Notes: generated by a model from the letters alone, not told the origin. 64,000 nt of DNA from Octopus vulgaris (GCA_951406725.2 OX597837.1:8060001-8124000); one strand, 5' to 3'. Counted from the first letter of the stretch, positions 44,590-59,355 are shown. Made by a program: numbers and translations.

Positions 44590-44790
44590 ACAGAGGACAA
44601 ACAAGGACAGACAAACGGATTAAGTCGATTATATCGACCCCAGTGCGTAACAGGTACTTATTTAATCGACCGCGAAAGGATGAAAGGCAAAGTCGACCTC
44701 GGCGGAATTTGAACTCAGAACGTAACGGCAGACGAAATACCGCTAAGCATTTCGCCCTGCGCGCTAACAATTCTGCCAGCTCACCACTGT
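44590..44790 (-). mobile_element. family B SINE
   Basis: Reverse complement of 32043-32240. Confidence 0.9.
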
Positions 44791-44794
44791 AATA

Positions 44795-45230
44795 CACTAG
44801 CTTGATAATAATGACTGTTATTTTACAAAATTCACTATTTTCCAAAACTAATTGAAAGAATGGCGATCCATTTCAACAGAAATTCGATAATAAAAAGGGT
44901 AAATTTATCTAAAATGAAAATTTCCATCAAAATTACGTGTTAATTTATGTTCTAAACACCGAATTAATAACTACAAAGTTATTTTACTAAATTCTTCATT
45001 ATTTCGAAAATTAAATGAAACAAAGCGGTGCATTTCAGCAGAAATATTTTAACAATAGGATTAAAGTAATTTAAATCGAAACTTTCCATCAAAATTTCGT
45101 GTTAATTTTTGTTGTAAACACCAACACAATAACGACGAAGTTATTTTACAAAATTCTTCCTCATTTTCGAAATTAATTGAAACAAAGGCCTTGTGTGTTT
45201 CAGAAGAAATATGGTAATTATAGGGTAAAA
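44795..45230. repeat. AT-rich ~160 bp tandem repeat (about 2.7 copies), probably MITE-derived
   Basis: TTCCATCAAAATT(A/T)CGTGTTAATTT at ~44921 and ~45083; GTTATTTTAC(T/A)AAATTC three times. Confidence 0.75.
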
Positions 45231-45669
45231 AGGAAAAAAGAACAAAATCGCGAAATCCTTGTACATGTCACAATTTGTATTCACTCGAGAGTGCTGATTG
45301 GTTACACGTCAACCCGCTCGAGTGTTCGCGATTCGGTTGGAGTTTAGCTGGAACGTTCTTCGTCATTGAAAGAAAAAAATATTAGAATTAATCATCAGAC
45401 GATGTCTAAGAGTCTAAGAGGTTCCTTTGCTTGTTTCTAGCAGAAACATAAGTCAAATTCTTTCTTTAAATCGCAGCTATGAGTCTCAAATTGAAAGAAA
45501 GGGAGGACAATGAAAATGGCGGAGCTCCAGACACAACATTATCATGTCTTCTACCTTTTCTCTCTTAATTGTTTTCAGTCTTCTGACTGAGGTCGACTTG
45601 TTCGACTAAAGGCGGTGCTCCAGCATGGCTGCAGTCAAATGACTGAAACAAGTAAAAGAATAAAAGAAT

Positions 45670-45909
45670 ATATATTTCTTTATTGCCCAGAGGGAGCTAA
45701 ACATAAAGGGGACAAACAAGGAGAGACAAGAGGGATTAAGTCGATTACGTCGCCCCCTCCCCCCACCATACGTAAATGGTATTTATTTAATCGACCCCGA
45801 AAGGATGAAAGGCAAAGTCGACCTCAGGGGAATTTGAACTCAGAATGCAACGACAAACGAAACACCGCTAAGCATTTCGCCCGGCGTGCTAACGTTTTTG
45901 CAGCTCGCC

Positions 45910-45915
<6 letters not shown>
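45670..45915 (-). mobile_element. family B SINE
   Basis: Homology to the other family B copies. Confidence 0.88.
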
Positions 45916-45959
<44 letters not shown>

Positions 45960-45963
<4 letters not shown>

Positions 45964-46247
45964 CGTGACCGACCAGGCTATAAGATGTTGTTACACATCG
46001 CTTGTCACAATGCGCTTCGCATTGTTTTAGCCTTCAAATGACGCCACCCCGCTGGCTAAGCGAGCAGGCCAACAGAAGAAAGAGTGAGAGAAAGTTGTGG
46101 TGAAAGAGTACAGCAAGGATCGCCACCACCTCCTGCCGGATTAGGTGTTTTCGCTCAATAAACACTCACAACGCCCGGTCTGGGAATCGAAACCGCGATC
46201 CTACGACCGCGAATCCACTGCCCTAACCACTGGGCCATTGCGCCTCC

Positions 46248-46248
<1 letters not shown>
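45960..46248 (-). mobile_element. family C SINE, full length
   Basis: Reverse complement of 28725-29010; inserted in (TA)n. Confidence 0.92.
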
Positions 46249-46278
<30 letters not shown>

Positions 46279-46830
46279 TAAATGTAACTATTTAACTATT
46301 TTTCTATAAATTCTAAAAAATCATGAAGAGCCTTAATCCAATTTTCTAGCCTTCTTGAGGTCTCATCAGATGTGTTTATATCACTTGATGAATCCCGGAG
46401 AAATAAGCAGCTAATCGCGTTATATGAACTAGAAATCAAGTAATTTCAGGAAAATTGCCGGATCAACAAAAGGTAACCTATCGAATAAGGGATAAATGTC
46501 ATTTTGATATACAGTAGATTAAAATACGATCAACTATGAGTTTCATGCCTCTCATAATACAATAACCAGGTGAGTTTGAATAGCGCACTGTGTGATGAAC
46601 CTGAATGATTGCCTGAAAAACTCGGCACGCTATACAATCTTCATCGGCCATTATATTATCAGAGGCATGAAACTTTTATTAGCTCGCATTTAAATTCTGT
46701 GTTTGTTGGTGCGCGAGTGTATATATATATAAGTGTCTGTTTCTGTGCATATATATATATATATGTTTATATATGTATACATATATATATATGTTTATAT
46801 ATGTATACATATACATGTGTACACACACAG

Positions 46831-46863
<33 letters not shown>

Positions 46864-47029
46864 TATATATACACGCACAGACACATACAAACACACACAT
46901 ACTTACAGACACGCACATTCATAAAGACACAACCATTCACCTCTGTCATTCACGCATTAAATACACAAGCGAAACACAATGAATAATGAAAAATATATAA
47001 TTAAGAAAAGAGAGAAAAATACGACAGAA

Positions 47030-48215
47030 ACAAGATCAATAACAACAACAACAACCACATGGACTTCGACGCCGCTGCCAACATCAACAGTCGACACCGC
47101 CATCACCCTCACGACCACAACCTCCGCCGCCACTAACGATGGCATCAACAAAGAAACGACCAACACCATCACCATCATCAGCATCAACGGCGCTACCGTC
47201 ACCATCACAACCAGTACTAACAAGAAGAAGACGAAGAAGAAGAAGAAAGAAGAAGAAGAAGAAAAAGAAGAAGAAGAAGAAGAAGAAGAAAAAGAAGAAG
47301 AAGAACAATAACAACAACAACACCACCAACAACAACAACAACGAAACTGCCGCTACCACGATCACAGCATCATCACCGCTTCTACCACAAACCACTACCG
47401 TAACAACCATCACGGCCATGACTACCACCTCTGCTACCTCCATCATGTCTACCATAAACACCATCACCACCACTACCACCACCACCACCACCACCACCAC
47501 CACCACAACCACCACCAACAGAACCACCACAACCATCATCATTTCTACCATCACCACTACCACCACCACCACCAGCATCACCGCTCCCCCCATAACCACA
47601 AGCATCAGCACCACCACCGCTACAGCCAACATGACAACCCTCCACTGTCACACTGCCACCATAACCACAACCACCACCACTTCAACTCCGACTCCCGAAG
47701 GCCGACACCATCACCACTACCATCACCAATTCAACCACCACCACTTTAAACATCACCATCACCTTTACCACTACTTCTACCACGACCACTATCACTTCAA
47801 CCACCACCATTACCGCCACCACCACCAACATAACTACTACCGCCACTATCAACACCACCACCACCACTATAACCACCACCACCACCACCACCACCACCAC
47901 CGCCACCACCACCACCACCACCATTACCACCACCATCACCACCACCACCATCGCCTCAACCACCACCATCGCCACAACCACCAGCATCGCCACAACCACC
48001 ACCATCGCCATCACCAGTATCGCCATCACTACCACCACCACCGCCACCGCCACCACAATACCGCCACCACCACCACCACCACCACCACCACCGCCGCCGC
48101 CGCCGCTGCCACCACCACCACCACCACCACCACCAATCGCCACGATACCACAAAACTTAATCCTGCGCCAAAGACGACGACGGCGACCACCACCACCACG
48201 GCTACTACGGCGACA
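47030..48215. repeat. (GAA)n, (CAA)n, (CAC)n low-complexity field
   Basis: Direct inspection. Confidence 0.92.
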
Positions 48216-48377
48216 AAAGACTTATTTCTCTTGCAAACACTGATTGGTCTTCTGTAATAGCTTTTCATTGTTTTCATAGTTTTCCACTGTTGTAGAAAAC
48301 GCCGAACAGTAATGGCAGAAGAGAGAGAGGCTGGCATCAACACACACACACTCTGTACGTGTGTGTATGCGTGAGTG

Positions 48378-48426
<49 letters not shown>

Positions 48427-48464
48427 ATGTGTGTGTGACGTTTATTATACAGATTTAACAAACA

Positions 48465-48890
<426 letters not shown>

Positions 48891-48933
48891 AACCTTGTAG
48901 CTACATGTTTATACTTATATGTATAGATGTATG

Positions 48934-48972
<39 letters not shown>

Positions 48973-49879
48973 GTCTATCTAGTTATATGTGGTGTGGGTA
49001 TTTGTGTTTGTGTATGTGTGAATGCGTGTGTGTTCTTTGTTTCTTTCCTTGTACTTAGAATATCTTGTGACGAACGAAAAAATGAAAGCCTCTCAGCTTT
49101 AGCTGCAGCGAATTCCATTTCTAGATCGTTGTTCTGATACGAGAGAAAGAAATACATTTCCCAATACCTCGATAAATCTCAGGAGAAAAGTTGGCGGCAT
49201 TTCATAATTGTAATGTGCGACAGTTGTAAAACTGAAGACGTTTAACTGCTAAGCTATAACAATATAATTGTTTATATAACCATTGATACGATATATTTTG
49301 TTATTTCTAGACAGATTAGTTCATGTCTTTCTGCGAACATTGACCTACAAATGTTGTGGCCGTGTATTGTCCATATCAAGGACTGCTGTGTGAGAGACTA
49401 CGCAAAGATAATGCACCCTGTTCTTCAACCAAATAAACGGATATATGAGGAGTTGCTGAAAATATCCTGGCTTTAAGGAAATGCAAACTGAGTTTGCGTA
49501 TTTTAGTATCTTATTGTGTTTCAGTAATGAGACTGTTGCCACACTAGGGCAACGCCTTGAAGGTTTTTACTCAAATAGATGGAACCCAGTACCTATTTTT
49601 AAGTCTGGTTCTCACGAGGGGGTGATGAATAGTTCTTGGATCTAGCGCATTAAAATCTACGTCTTTGTGCAGCTGAAGATTGCTCTACATTTTAAATTGA
49701 TGTAATGATTGCATTGCTCAATTAAATGGAGTTGCATGAAACGATCGTACTGCATTACCTCTGGATATCCTTGTTGCTTGTTTTGATTTTAATCACCTTG
49801 CTTTGATATGCATGTATGCATCTATATATATTCATACACACAGATATATGTATGTATGTATATATATATGCACGTATGT

Positions 49880-49942
<63 letters not shown>

Positions 49943-50168
49943 AGGCGGCGAGCTGGCAGAAACGTTAGCGCGCTGGGCGAAATGCGTAGCCGTATTTCGT
50001 CTGCCGCTACGTTCTCAGTTCAAATTCCGCCGAGGTCGACTTTGCCTTTCATCCTTTCGGGGTCGATAAATAAAGTACCAGTTACGCACTGGGGTCGATG
50101 GAATCGACTTAATCCGTTTATCTATTCTTGTTTGTCCCCTCTGTGTTTAGCCCCTTGTGGGTAGTAAA

Positions 50169-50172
<4 letters not shown>
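49943..50172 (+). mobile_element. family B SINE, full length
   Basis: Near-identical to 32043-32274; inserted in (TA)n. Confidence 0.92.
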
Positions 50173-50224
<52 letters not shown>

Positions 50225-50624
50225 TTATACGTATGTATATATAATCCTACACACAATATAGATTTTCTAAAATAGGTTGCCTATGCATAAAGTATGAAAA
50301 TACTCATTAAGTATTTATCACGCCGTCAATAAATGTGCGATATACAAATAAGTTTAGCCATTTCAGCTTGGTACTCTACTAAGCTTCTTTAGTGGATAGA
50401 TGTATGAAGGGTACTTATCCTCTGACTAGTGACCAACGAGCTATGAAATATGTTACGGCAATTTCTTTTATTACTCTGAGCGCAACAGTAATAACGTCTG
50501 TTTATTCCCCACAGCGAAACATTACAGCTGGTAATGAAACTGCAATAGATTTATCTTGGGTTTGCTAATATATGTTGATTATGTATATAGCCTAGATTTT
50601 TTTCTATGCCCTTAATTAAAATTA

Positions 50625-50861
50625 CAGGGTGCGTAAGATATCTGAGGACAGATTTATGCCTATAAAAAAAAACAAACAGATATATAATATCAAATAACTT
50701 TATTTATCAAAAAAGGAATTAATTAAAAGCATGCCCCTTCATTTCTTGAGTAAGCTGAGGGTCTGCCATTATAATTTTCTGAAACAAAGATTATACAGCG
50801 TTAGAAAAAAATGCACCAATGACCCCAAAAAGGAATGTCCTCAAAAGCCGTACGGACCCTG
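50625..50861. mobile_element. Tc1/mariner-type MITE
   Basis: TA flanks; imperfect 26-bp TIRs CAGGGTGCGTAAGATATCTGAGGACA / TGTCCTCAAAAGCCGTACGGACCCTG. Confidence 0.8.
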
Positions 50862-51197
50862 TATATATGTGATTTCACCTTAATAGGTTTACTTTTATAT
50901 GCTGGCTACTGATAAAAACTTTTTAAAGATTTTATCGTATATTGATTGTGTATAAAATATTTATAAATTTCTTAATAACGCTGTCAGCAAAATATATGAT
51001 ATATAGATTATACTAGTCAATTCAACAACGTCCTAGCTAGTGACGCACAAGTTAGTGACTGATTTAAATAGCAACTACTATAAAACATCTTATTTGACAA
51101 AATATTTTAAAGGTATTGATTCCTTACAAGTGGACAGCTAAACAGGAAACATATGAGCGTAAAGGATTATTTTTATTTTTCTGTGTACGAAGAAAAT

Positions 51198-51295
51198 AAC
51201 AGCAGCAACCCTCATCAGCTAGGGATTGACCTCTGTCTCCAGCAGCTTCACATAGCCGCCTGAATTGCGTCTAAGGCCTTATTCAACGGCGTGAG
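51198..51295 (-). mobile_element. old maT-type transposase fragment
   Basis: Minus translation E*GLRRNSGGYVKLLETEVNP*LMRVAA parallels the GLRLN...RVAAG segment of the 11560-12085 element. Confidence 0.6.
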
Positions 51296-52307
51296 AATGA
51301 AGTCCGGTGTACTTTCGTATTCAGTGTGTTATTTTCTTCGTAGCAGTCATTATTTCAGCATTTTGATACCTAGCAGTGAATCATCGCGATGCAGGTAGCT
51401 TTTTGGCAATATTCAGATGCTTTCCAGTCCTCCATGTCAACTAACTTTTTTCCCCTCAACACCTTTAATCTTTATGATCTCCAACGCCGTTGACCGTTCC
51501 CCAATTCACCAAGCTGTTCCTGAAGGAAAGATACATTACACAGTCGTCAAATTTAACCCGAACACGTTATATAATGTGAATTTAAAAACGGTTTTAGAAT
51601 ATGATGATGCCTCCCTTTTACCAAACGTAAATGTCTTACTGTTACTACCAGATTATTCTCTTCACATTTTACCCCAGAATAACAAACTCCCATTGTTCAG
51701 AATTATCGCCTGCGCCACGAAGAAAACCTTACTTTTAACCTTTTAAAGACAAAGTTAAATTTCATGGATATTGTAGTAATCATTTTAAATATCCAGTAGA
51801 AGAAAAAATAAATAAATAAGATTAGCATTTTCTGAAAGTCATATTGCACCACTTAACTTGACATATCTCAACAAAAAATAGCTTTAAATGTGACATTTGT
51901 CAACCAGAGATTGGAATAAAAAAACTGCTTTCCGCAGTTAAGGACGATAACATTTTGAGTAGATATACTTGATTTTCACAATAGATATTAACCTTATATT
52001 GATTCCATTCAAGTTGTAATGCAGGCAGTTTCTCTGCATTTTCTATCGTCTCACTCCATAAGAAGTTGTTCTCAAGAACAATCTTCTTATATCTGTGTAT
52101 GGAGAATGTGCTTTCTTTCATCAATACTGTACCTGTTTGCTGATACAGAAAAGTGTCAAACGCAACCTACATCGAGAAGTATACAAATCTGAGCGACGCT
52201 TACCAGACACCATGCTGGCTTTTTTTTTGTTGCAATTCTGATGTTGGTTGACTTAGGGTCCTTCGGTACATACAAATTCTTCTTCTTCTTTATGTCTTCT
52301 CTCTCCT

Positions 52308-52407
<100 letters not shown>

Positions 52408-52483
52408 ACTACTACTACTACTTATATATGTATATATACATGTATGTTTATATGTATCTATCCATATTTTTCTATCTCTTTCT

Positions 52484-52529
<46 letters not shown>

Positions 52530-52594
52530 GCATATATATTAGATATATATGTATTTATGTATGTTTGTTTGCATGTATGCATGTATATGTATTG

Positions 52595-52628
<34 letters not shown>

Positions 52629-52651
52629 ATATATATATATATATATATATA

Positions 52652-52695
<44 letters not shown>

Positions 52696-52775
52696 TATAT
52701 ATATAATATAATAGTTCATTATGATGTAGATGATATATATATAATATTAGTAGAAATATATATATATAATATACA

Positions 52776-52817
<42 letters not shown>

Positions 52818-52899
52818 CCTAGTGATACCCCGGAAGCAGTGAAAGTTCGAAGTCACTGTGAACTTTAAACCATAGAAATTATTTTGATTCTAAATATCT

Positions 52900-52996
52900 A
52901 CCATCATCATCATCATCATTATCATCATCATCATCATCACCACCACAATCATCATCATCATCATCATCATCACCACCATCATCATCATCATCATCG

Positions 52997-53033
<37 letters not shown>

Positions 53034-53117
53034 TATTATTATTATTATCATTATTATTATTGTTATCATCATCATCATCACCACCATCATCATCATCATC
53101 ATCGTCATCATCATCAA

Positions 53118-53176
<59 letters not shown>

Positions 53177-53833
53177 CCAACAATATCAGCAGAAAGTTCG
53201 ATGTGCCTGGACGTATTTAAAAAAAAGTTATCTTGGATCGTTATCAACAAAAAAAATATATAAGAAAATATATAAGAAAAAGAAAAAAAGAAGTTAAATA
53301 AAAAACAAGACAAAAAAACATTTATTCGATCAGTTTATGCCTGCAGCATCAACCTGATCGATCACGGAGTAGACAAAGTCAGAGGAATAGAACACTGAGT
53401 ATAAATTATTGAGTATTTATAGGGGCAGGGAGACACCGGGGGAGGCAGGGGCATCGGTGCGACGGCAAGAACGATGAGGACGGTGAAGACGGAGGTGATG
53501 ACGATGGTGAAGATGGTGACGGCGGCGATGAAGACGGCGGCGACGATGGTAACAATAATGAGAAGAAGAGCAACAAAAACGACGACGGGAACAACTGGAG
53601 GCAGAAATGGCGGATTCTGTGGAGCGACGGTTGGAATTCCTCGTGGTATTTACATCCGAGTCCCTTGCGCACTGAGCTGTTCAATTCCCGCGTGAACCAG
53701 CTTGCCTTTTTTTTATCTTTTTGTTGTCGTCATCGTCATCGTCGCCGTCGTCATCGTTATCATTATCATCATCGTCATCGGCATACTCCTCCTCATCATC
53801 ATCATCATTATCGTCGTCGTCGTCGTCATCATT

Positions 53834-53865
<32 letters not shown>

Positions 53866-53925
53866 ATCCGTCATTGTAATTATCATTATCATCACCATCG
53901 TTATCATCTCCATCATCATCATCAA

Positions 53926-53975
<50 letters not shown>

Positions 53976-54074
53976 ACATCATCATCATAATCATCATTAT
54001 CATCATCATCATCGTCATCATCACCATAATCATCATCATCATCATCATCGTCATCATCATCATCATCATCATCA

Positions 54075-54105
<31 letters not shown>

Positions 54106-54544
54106 CGTCATCATCATCATCGTTCAAATCCTACCGAGATCAACTTTGCTCCTTTCATCCTTTCGTGGTCGATAAATGAAGTACGAGCTAGTCTAAGGTT
54201 AACGATGACTGGAATAGTCTTAGAGTATCGAACAGCGAGGTACTATGCCCTGCGCGATTTGAGTTCAAATCCTCGCCTAGGCAATCACACTTAACATGAA
54301 GACGTTGCGTTCTTACTGAGTAGGGACTAGTTACGGTTACTAAGGGATAATAGATGACGACAATGATGATGATGATGATTATGGTGGTGGTGGTGGTGGT
54401 GATAATGAGGAGGCGAAGGAGGAGGGTGATGATGATGATGACAATGGTGATGGTGACGATGCTGATGACAAGGAGGGTGATGCTGCTGCTGGTGATGATG
54501 ATGATGAGGAGTAGGAGGAGTTGATGATGAATATGATGAGGATA

Positions 54545-54586
<42 letters not shown>

Positions 54587-54935
54587 GTGATGGTCATGAT
54601 GATGATGATGATGATGATGTTGACGATGATGTTGTTGATGAGGATGAGGATGCTACTGCTGATAATGATGATGGTGATGATGATGATGATGATAAGTGTA
54701 ATGGTAGTAGCGGTAATGATGGTAGAGGTGAGTATTTTGAAAGCGGTGGTAATAGTGATGGTGATGGTGGAAGTAATAATGATGATGATGATGATGATGA
54801 TGATGACGACGACGATGACAACGGTGACGACGACGATCAAGATGATGGCAGCGGTGATTGTGATATTGGTAGTGGTGATGATGATGATGACGACGACGAC
54901 GATGACGATGATTTCGGTGATGATGATGGTTGATG
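52900..54935. repeat. (CAT)n arrays (52900-53180, 53730-54120) and an oppositely oriented (GAT)n array (54350-54935)
   Basis: Direct inspection; family B SINE remnant at 54120-54190. Confidence 0.92.
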
Positions 54936-55188
54936 TCATTTCACATCAAACAGACTCAAGTTCAAAGTCATTCCTGCCGCGCGAAGATCCGATGTGAAAA
55001 GCCTGCCACGTTCACGTACATCGAGATGGTATAGTTGTTTATCCGACGCTCTGCCGATTCTACAGACAAGACAAGACAAGTCCTAACATCTCGTCAATCA
55101 TCGACAAACCAAGAACAAAGGAAAGGTAGATAAAGTTAAATATCCAGAACAGCCTCAGCTGTTTTAAAACCGAAGTTGAAACCAAAAT

Positions 55189-55217
55189 ATCTTTGATGGC
55201 GGCCGAAGATCAAAGAT
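55189..55217. promoter_or_regulatory. candidate bipartite TCF/LEF + Helper element
   Basis: CTTTGAT (55191-55197), TGGCGGC = GCCGCCA reversed (55197-55203), AGATCAAAG (55207-55215); motif match only. Confidence 0.3.
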
Positions 55218-55895
55218 TTCTTTCATCAGAAATCATCATAAAAAAAAAACAAAAAAACATTTAACAACGCAAAACTCAAAGATAAGCATCAGAATATGTA
55301 AAGGTTAGGAATTAACAATCATTTTTGTTTCGAGCTGCCAAGCTTTAAAACCAAGAGAGAATAAATACGGAAACAGACATGTCAGAGTTAGAACTTTCAA
55401 ATACTGGAATTTATACCGGCATTATGAAATATCGGCAGAAGAAAGAGTTTGTTTAAACATAGGTGTCAGAGACTGACATTGTGACTCGAGTCTGAGATGT
55501 GTAAGCACTCACTGGGATATTTTCATGTCTGAAAGTGATGTTAACGCTTCGAAGAAGTTGTTATGTATTCTTGCTGAATGTTCTTAGTTTTCTTGAATAC
55601 AAATTAGCACCAGAAGTTTCCATCTTGTCCTCTTTGCTAGATGTAACAACCAAATCACACTCAAATTATATTCTACCGTTCGTAAAAATACCAAAAAGGG
55701 TAGAGGTTCCGACAAACTGGATAATGTCGTATTAGCGATAAAGCAGAGATGGAGTGGTCGAAACTGGAACGTCTCTTGATCTGAAGTTTTCTCAACATAG
55801 CAGATTTTGAGGTGAAGAAGAAGAGGGGGAAGAAGAAGAAAAAGAAGGAGGAGAAGAAGAAGAAGAAGAAGAAGAAGAAGAAGAAGAAGAAGAAG

Positions 55896-55937
<42 letters not shown>

Positions 55938-56109
55938 AACAACAAACTTCTGCTAACGTATGAAATAGTTGGGTTTCGCAAACTGAGATAATTTCTCAAG
56001 GGGTAAATTCCCCCACAAGCATCACCAACAAAAGGGTAAATTTCTTTATTCTGGGGTTTGTAATCAGTATTTAATTTTTTCATTTGCAATTCTAAAAAGA
56101 AAAAAAATA

Positions 56110-56530
56110 GTTTCATCGTTTCAGTCATTTGATTACAGCCATGCTGGAGCACTGCCTTGCATAATTTTAGTCAAACGAATCGTCGTCCCTTTCCAATAAT
56201 TATACCTTTAAAAAATAAACCTGGTACTTATTCTATCGGTCTCTTTTTTGCCGAACCGCTAAGTTACAGTGACGTAAACACACCAGCATCGGTTGTAAAG
56301 CGATGTTGGGGAGGACAATCACAGAAACGTATGCATACACACACATACACACACGCACACACATATATATATACATATATATACGACGGGCGTTTTTCAG
56401 TTTCCGTCTACCAAATTCACTCACAAGGCTTTGGTAGACTATAGTAGAAAACACTTGCCAAGGTGCCACGCAGTGGGACTGAACCCGGAACCATGTGGTT
56501 CGTAAACAAGCTACTTACCACACAGTCACT
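56110..56530 (-). mobile_element. family A SINE
   Basis: Homology to the other family A copies. Confidence 0.9.
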
Positions 56531-56535
56531 ACTAC

Positions 56536-56624
<89 letters not shown>

Positions 56625-57134
56625 GAGAAGAGAGAGAGAGAAAGAGGGAGGGAGAAGAAACAGAGAGAGAGGAGAGAGATGTAGATGAGACACCTTCTTC
56701 TCTACACAGCTAGCCGCCACAACCACTTGTGAGGAAAAAATCCACAACTTAAAAACTTCTCCGAATTTACAAGGACCACCTAGTAATTACCACCACAATA
56801 CACTTTCACGTTGATGAAGAATGCAAAAACAAATTTTCGAAATGAATTTCTAAAAGAACAAAACAAAAAACCCAACAAATTAATATAAAGACAAAAGTTA
56901 AAATGAAAAATACAAGAAGAATGGTAAAAAGTTTTATGAAGAAACTATGAAGAAGTGGTTCAGAATGGAACAAACATCAGAAACCACCTAGTTAGACACA
57001 GCAGTTCTTGTATTCACCAAAATAATTACAGACGTATCCCATAATGCAACATAATATATATAATCGGAACTACGCACCAGAAGGAACCAATCGTAGAAAA
57101 GAAAAGAAAAGAGAAAAGAAACTACAAAGATTGC

Positions 57135-57172
<38 letters not shown>

Positions 57173-57180
57173 CGAGAGAA

Positions 57181-57237
<57 letters not shown>

Positions 57238-57586
57238 GAGAGAGAGAGAGAACGAGAGAGAGAGAGAGAACGAGAGAGAGAGAGAGAACGAGAGAGAGAG
57301 AGAGAACGAGAGAGAGAGAGAGAGTTTGTGTATGTAGGAATTGGCATCAAACAAATAAGAACGGAATAAACATAGTGTCAAAAACATTAAAAAAAAACAC
57401 GGGTAAAAATTTTTGTTGTCCAAAATAAACCAGAAAATTAACAGTTGAAATACTATAGAGTGTAATTAACAACATTAACGAGAACAACATCAGTTAAAAC
57501 AATGACGATCACACCACGATCCGTGTCACAATAACAGCCTCCAATATATAATGATAATAATAATAATAATAATAGTAATGATGATG

Positions 57587-57619
<33 letters not shown>

Positions 57620-57681
57620 TTAATAATAATAACAATAATAATAATAATGATGATGGTAATAATAATAATAATAATAATGAC

Positions 57682-57716
<35 letters not shown>

Positions 57717-57722
57717 TAACAA

Positions 57723-57753
<31 letters not shown>

Positions 57754-57904
57754 GTAATGATGATAATGATAATAATAATAATGATGATAATAATAATAAT
57801 AATAATATTAATAATAATAATAATAATAATGATGATGATAATAATGATAATAAAAATAATAATAATAATAATGATAATAATAATGATAATAATGATAATA
57901 AAAA

Positions 57905-58387
57905 TAACTCATTGATATGACTGTCCCAATCGATATAAACATGTCTGTGAAGACCTACCAAAAACTGAGCAAATATAAAGATTTTGAAATAGAAATCAGC
58001 AAAATGTGGAAGCTGAAGACTAAAACAATACCTGTTGTCATAGGTGCCCTGGGAATGATAGCGAAAGGGGCTGATAGCTACCTAACTCAGATACCAGGAA
58101 ACCCAAAAATGGCAGAAGTTCAAAAGATAGTGCTCATGGGAACTGCTCATATCCTACGCAAAATACTCTCTATGTAATCTCAAGGTTTAAAACAAACCTA
58201 ATTTTCGGTTTAAAACCCCCCCCTTTTTTTTTTTTTTTTTAGACATTCATTAGTACAACACCCCGCCCCCCAAATATATGGCACACTAGGCATAACAACA
58301 ACATGAACTTCCAACCTGTTGTCTCTTGAGGTCTCTGGGTGAGACTTGGAGCCAACTTGTACAAATAAAAAGCAAAAGTCAAACATA
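57905..58387 (+). mobile_element. R4/Dong-clade LINE 3' end (RLE C-terminus + 3' UTR) in (TAA)n
   Basis: LIDMTVPIDINMSVKTYQKLSKYKDFEIEISKMWKLKTKTIPVVIGALG...VQKIVLMGTAHILRKILSM*; (TAA)n on both sides. Confidence 0.9.
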
Positions 58388-58410
58388 TAATAATAATAAT
58401 AATAATAATA

Positions 58411-58482
<72 letters not shown>

Positions 58483-58484
<2 letters not shown>

Positions 58485-58957
58485 GATGGTATAAAAGATG
58501 GGCTACAGCAAATATTCTGCTCAATACCACAGATCTGCTTGTCAGTTGTTTGACCTTAACCAGTTGAGCATGTCCCTTAGTGGCTGACGATATGTGCATC
58601 TCTGATCACGAGCAGAAGTAGTGGGGAAGCATCATAGCCATGTGTTGAGAAGGATTCTTTGGGGTTTGAATAATTCACCTCTGGAAACATGGGTGTTTCG
58701 TTCAACGTCCTTAAACAACCCTTATTCAGGGACCTTTTGAGCGGGATGGGTTACTCGATCTGAAGAAAATTCTAACTGGGCTCCACCTGCAAGGTCATGT
58801 GCTGTTTATCTTGATATGAGATCACCATGTCGCGCACATATGGTTGTGATGCATGTGCCTGGTGTACCTTTATTAGACGGGTAGTCATGATGGGTATACT
58901 GGGCTTCGTATATTTTACCCCAGTGTCACTTTGATGGCATGCTCTGCTCGCTCACTC
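58483..58957 (+). mobile_element. 5'-truncated retroelement 3' end (family E) in (TAA)n
   Basis: Highly similar to 59354-59894, same 3' end CTCACTC-(AAT)n, different 5' end. Confidence 0.8.
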
Positions 58958-59038
<81 letters not shown>

Positions 59039-59262
59039 AATAATGACAATGATTTCACTTATTTGCCACAAGGGCGTAGGATGAGGGGCATAATACGAAG
59101 ACAGATATAAAGTGTGGGGGATTTACATATAATAATAAAATGATATAAAAAGCAATACACGGTATACGCTGAAAAAGAAGGGACGTATGCATAGTATACA
59201 CGGGTTTAAAATAATAATAATAATAATAATAACAATAAGAATAAGAAGAATGATTATAACAA

Positions 59263-59353
<91 letters not shown>

Positions 59354-59355
<2 letters not shown>

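Noticed and set aside
51208-51222. CTGATGAG on the minus strand as another hammerhead core
   Set aside because: No stem II or GAAA follows; better explained as part of a maT transposase remnant
53420-53700. GC-rich segment after TTTATAG with Asp/Gly-rich open frames
   Set aside because: Looks like decayed (GAT/GAC/GGC)n; no donor site and no recognisable domain
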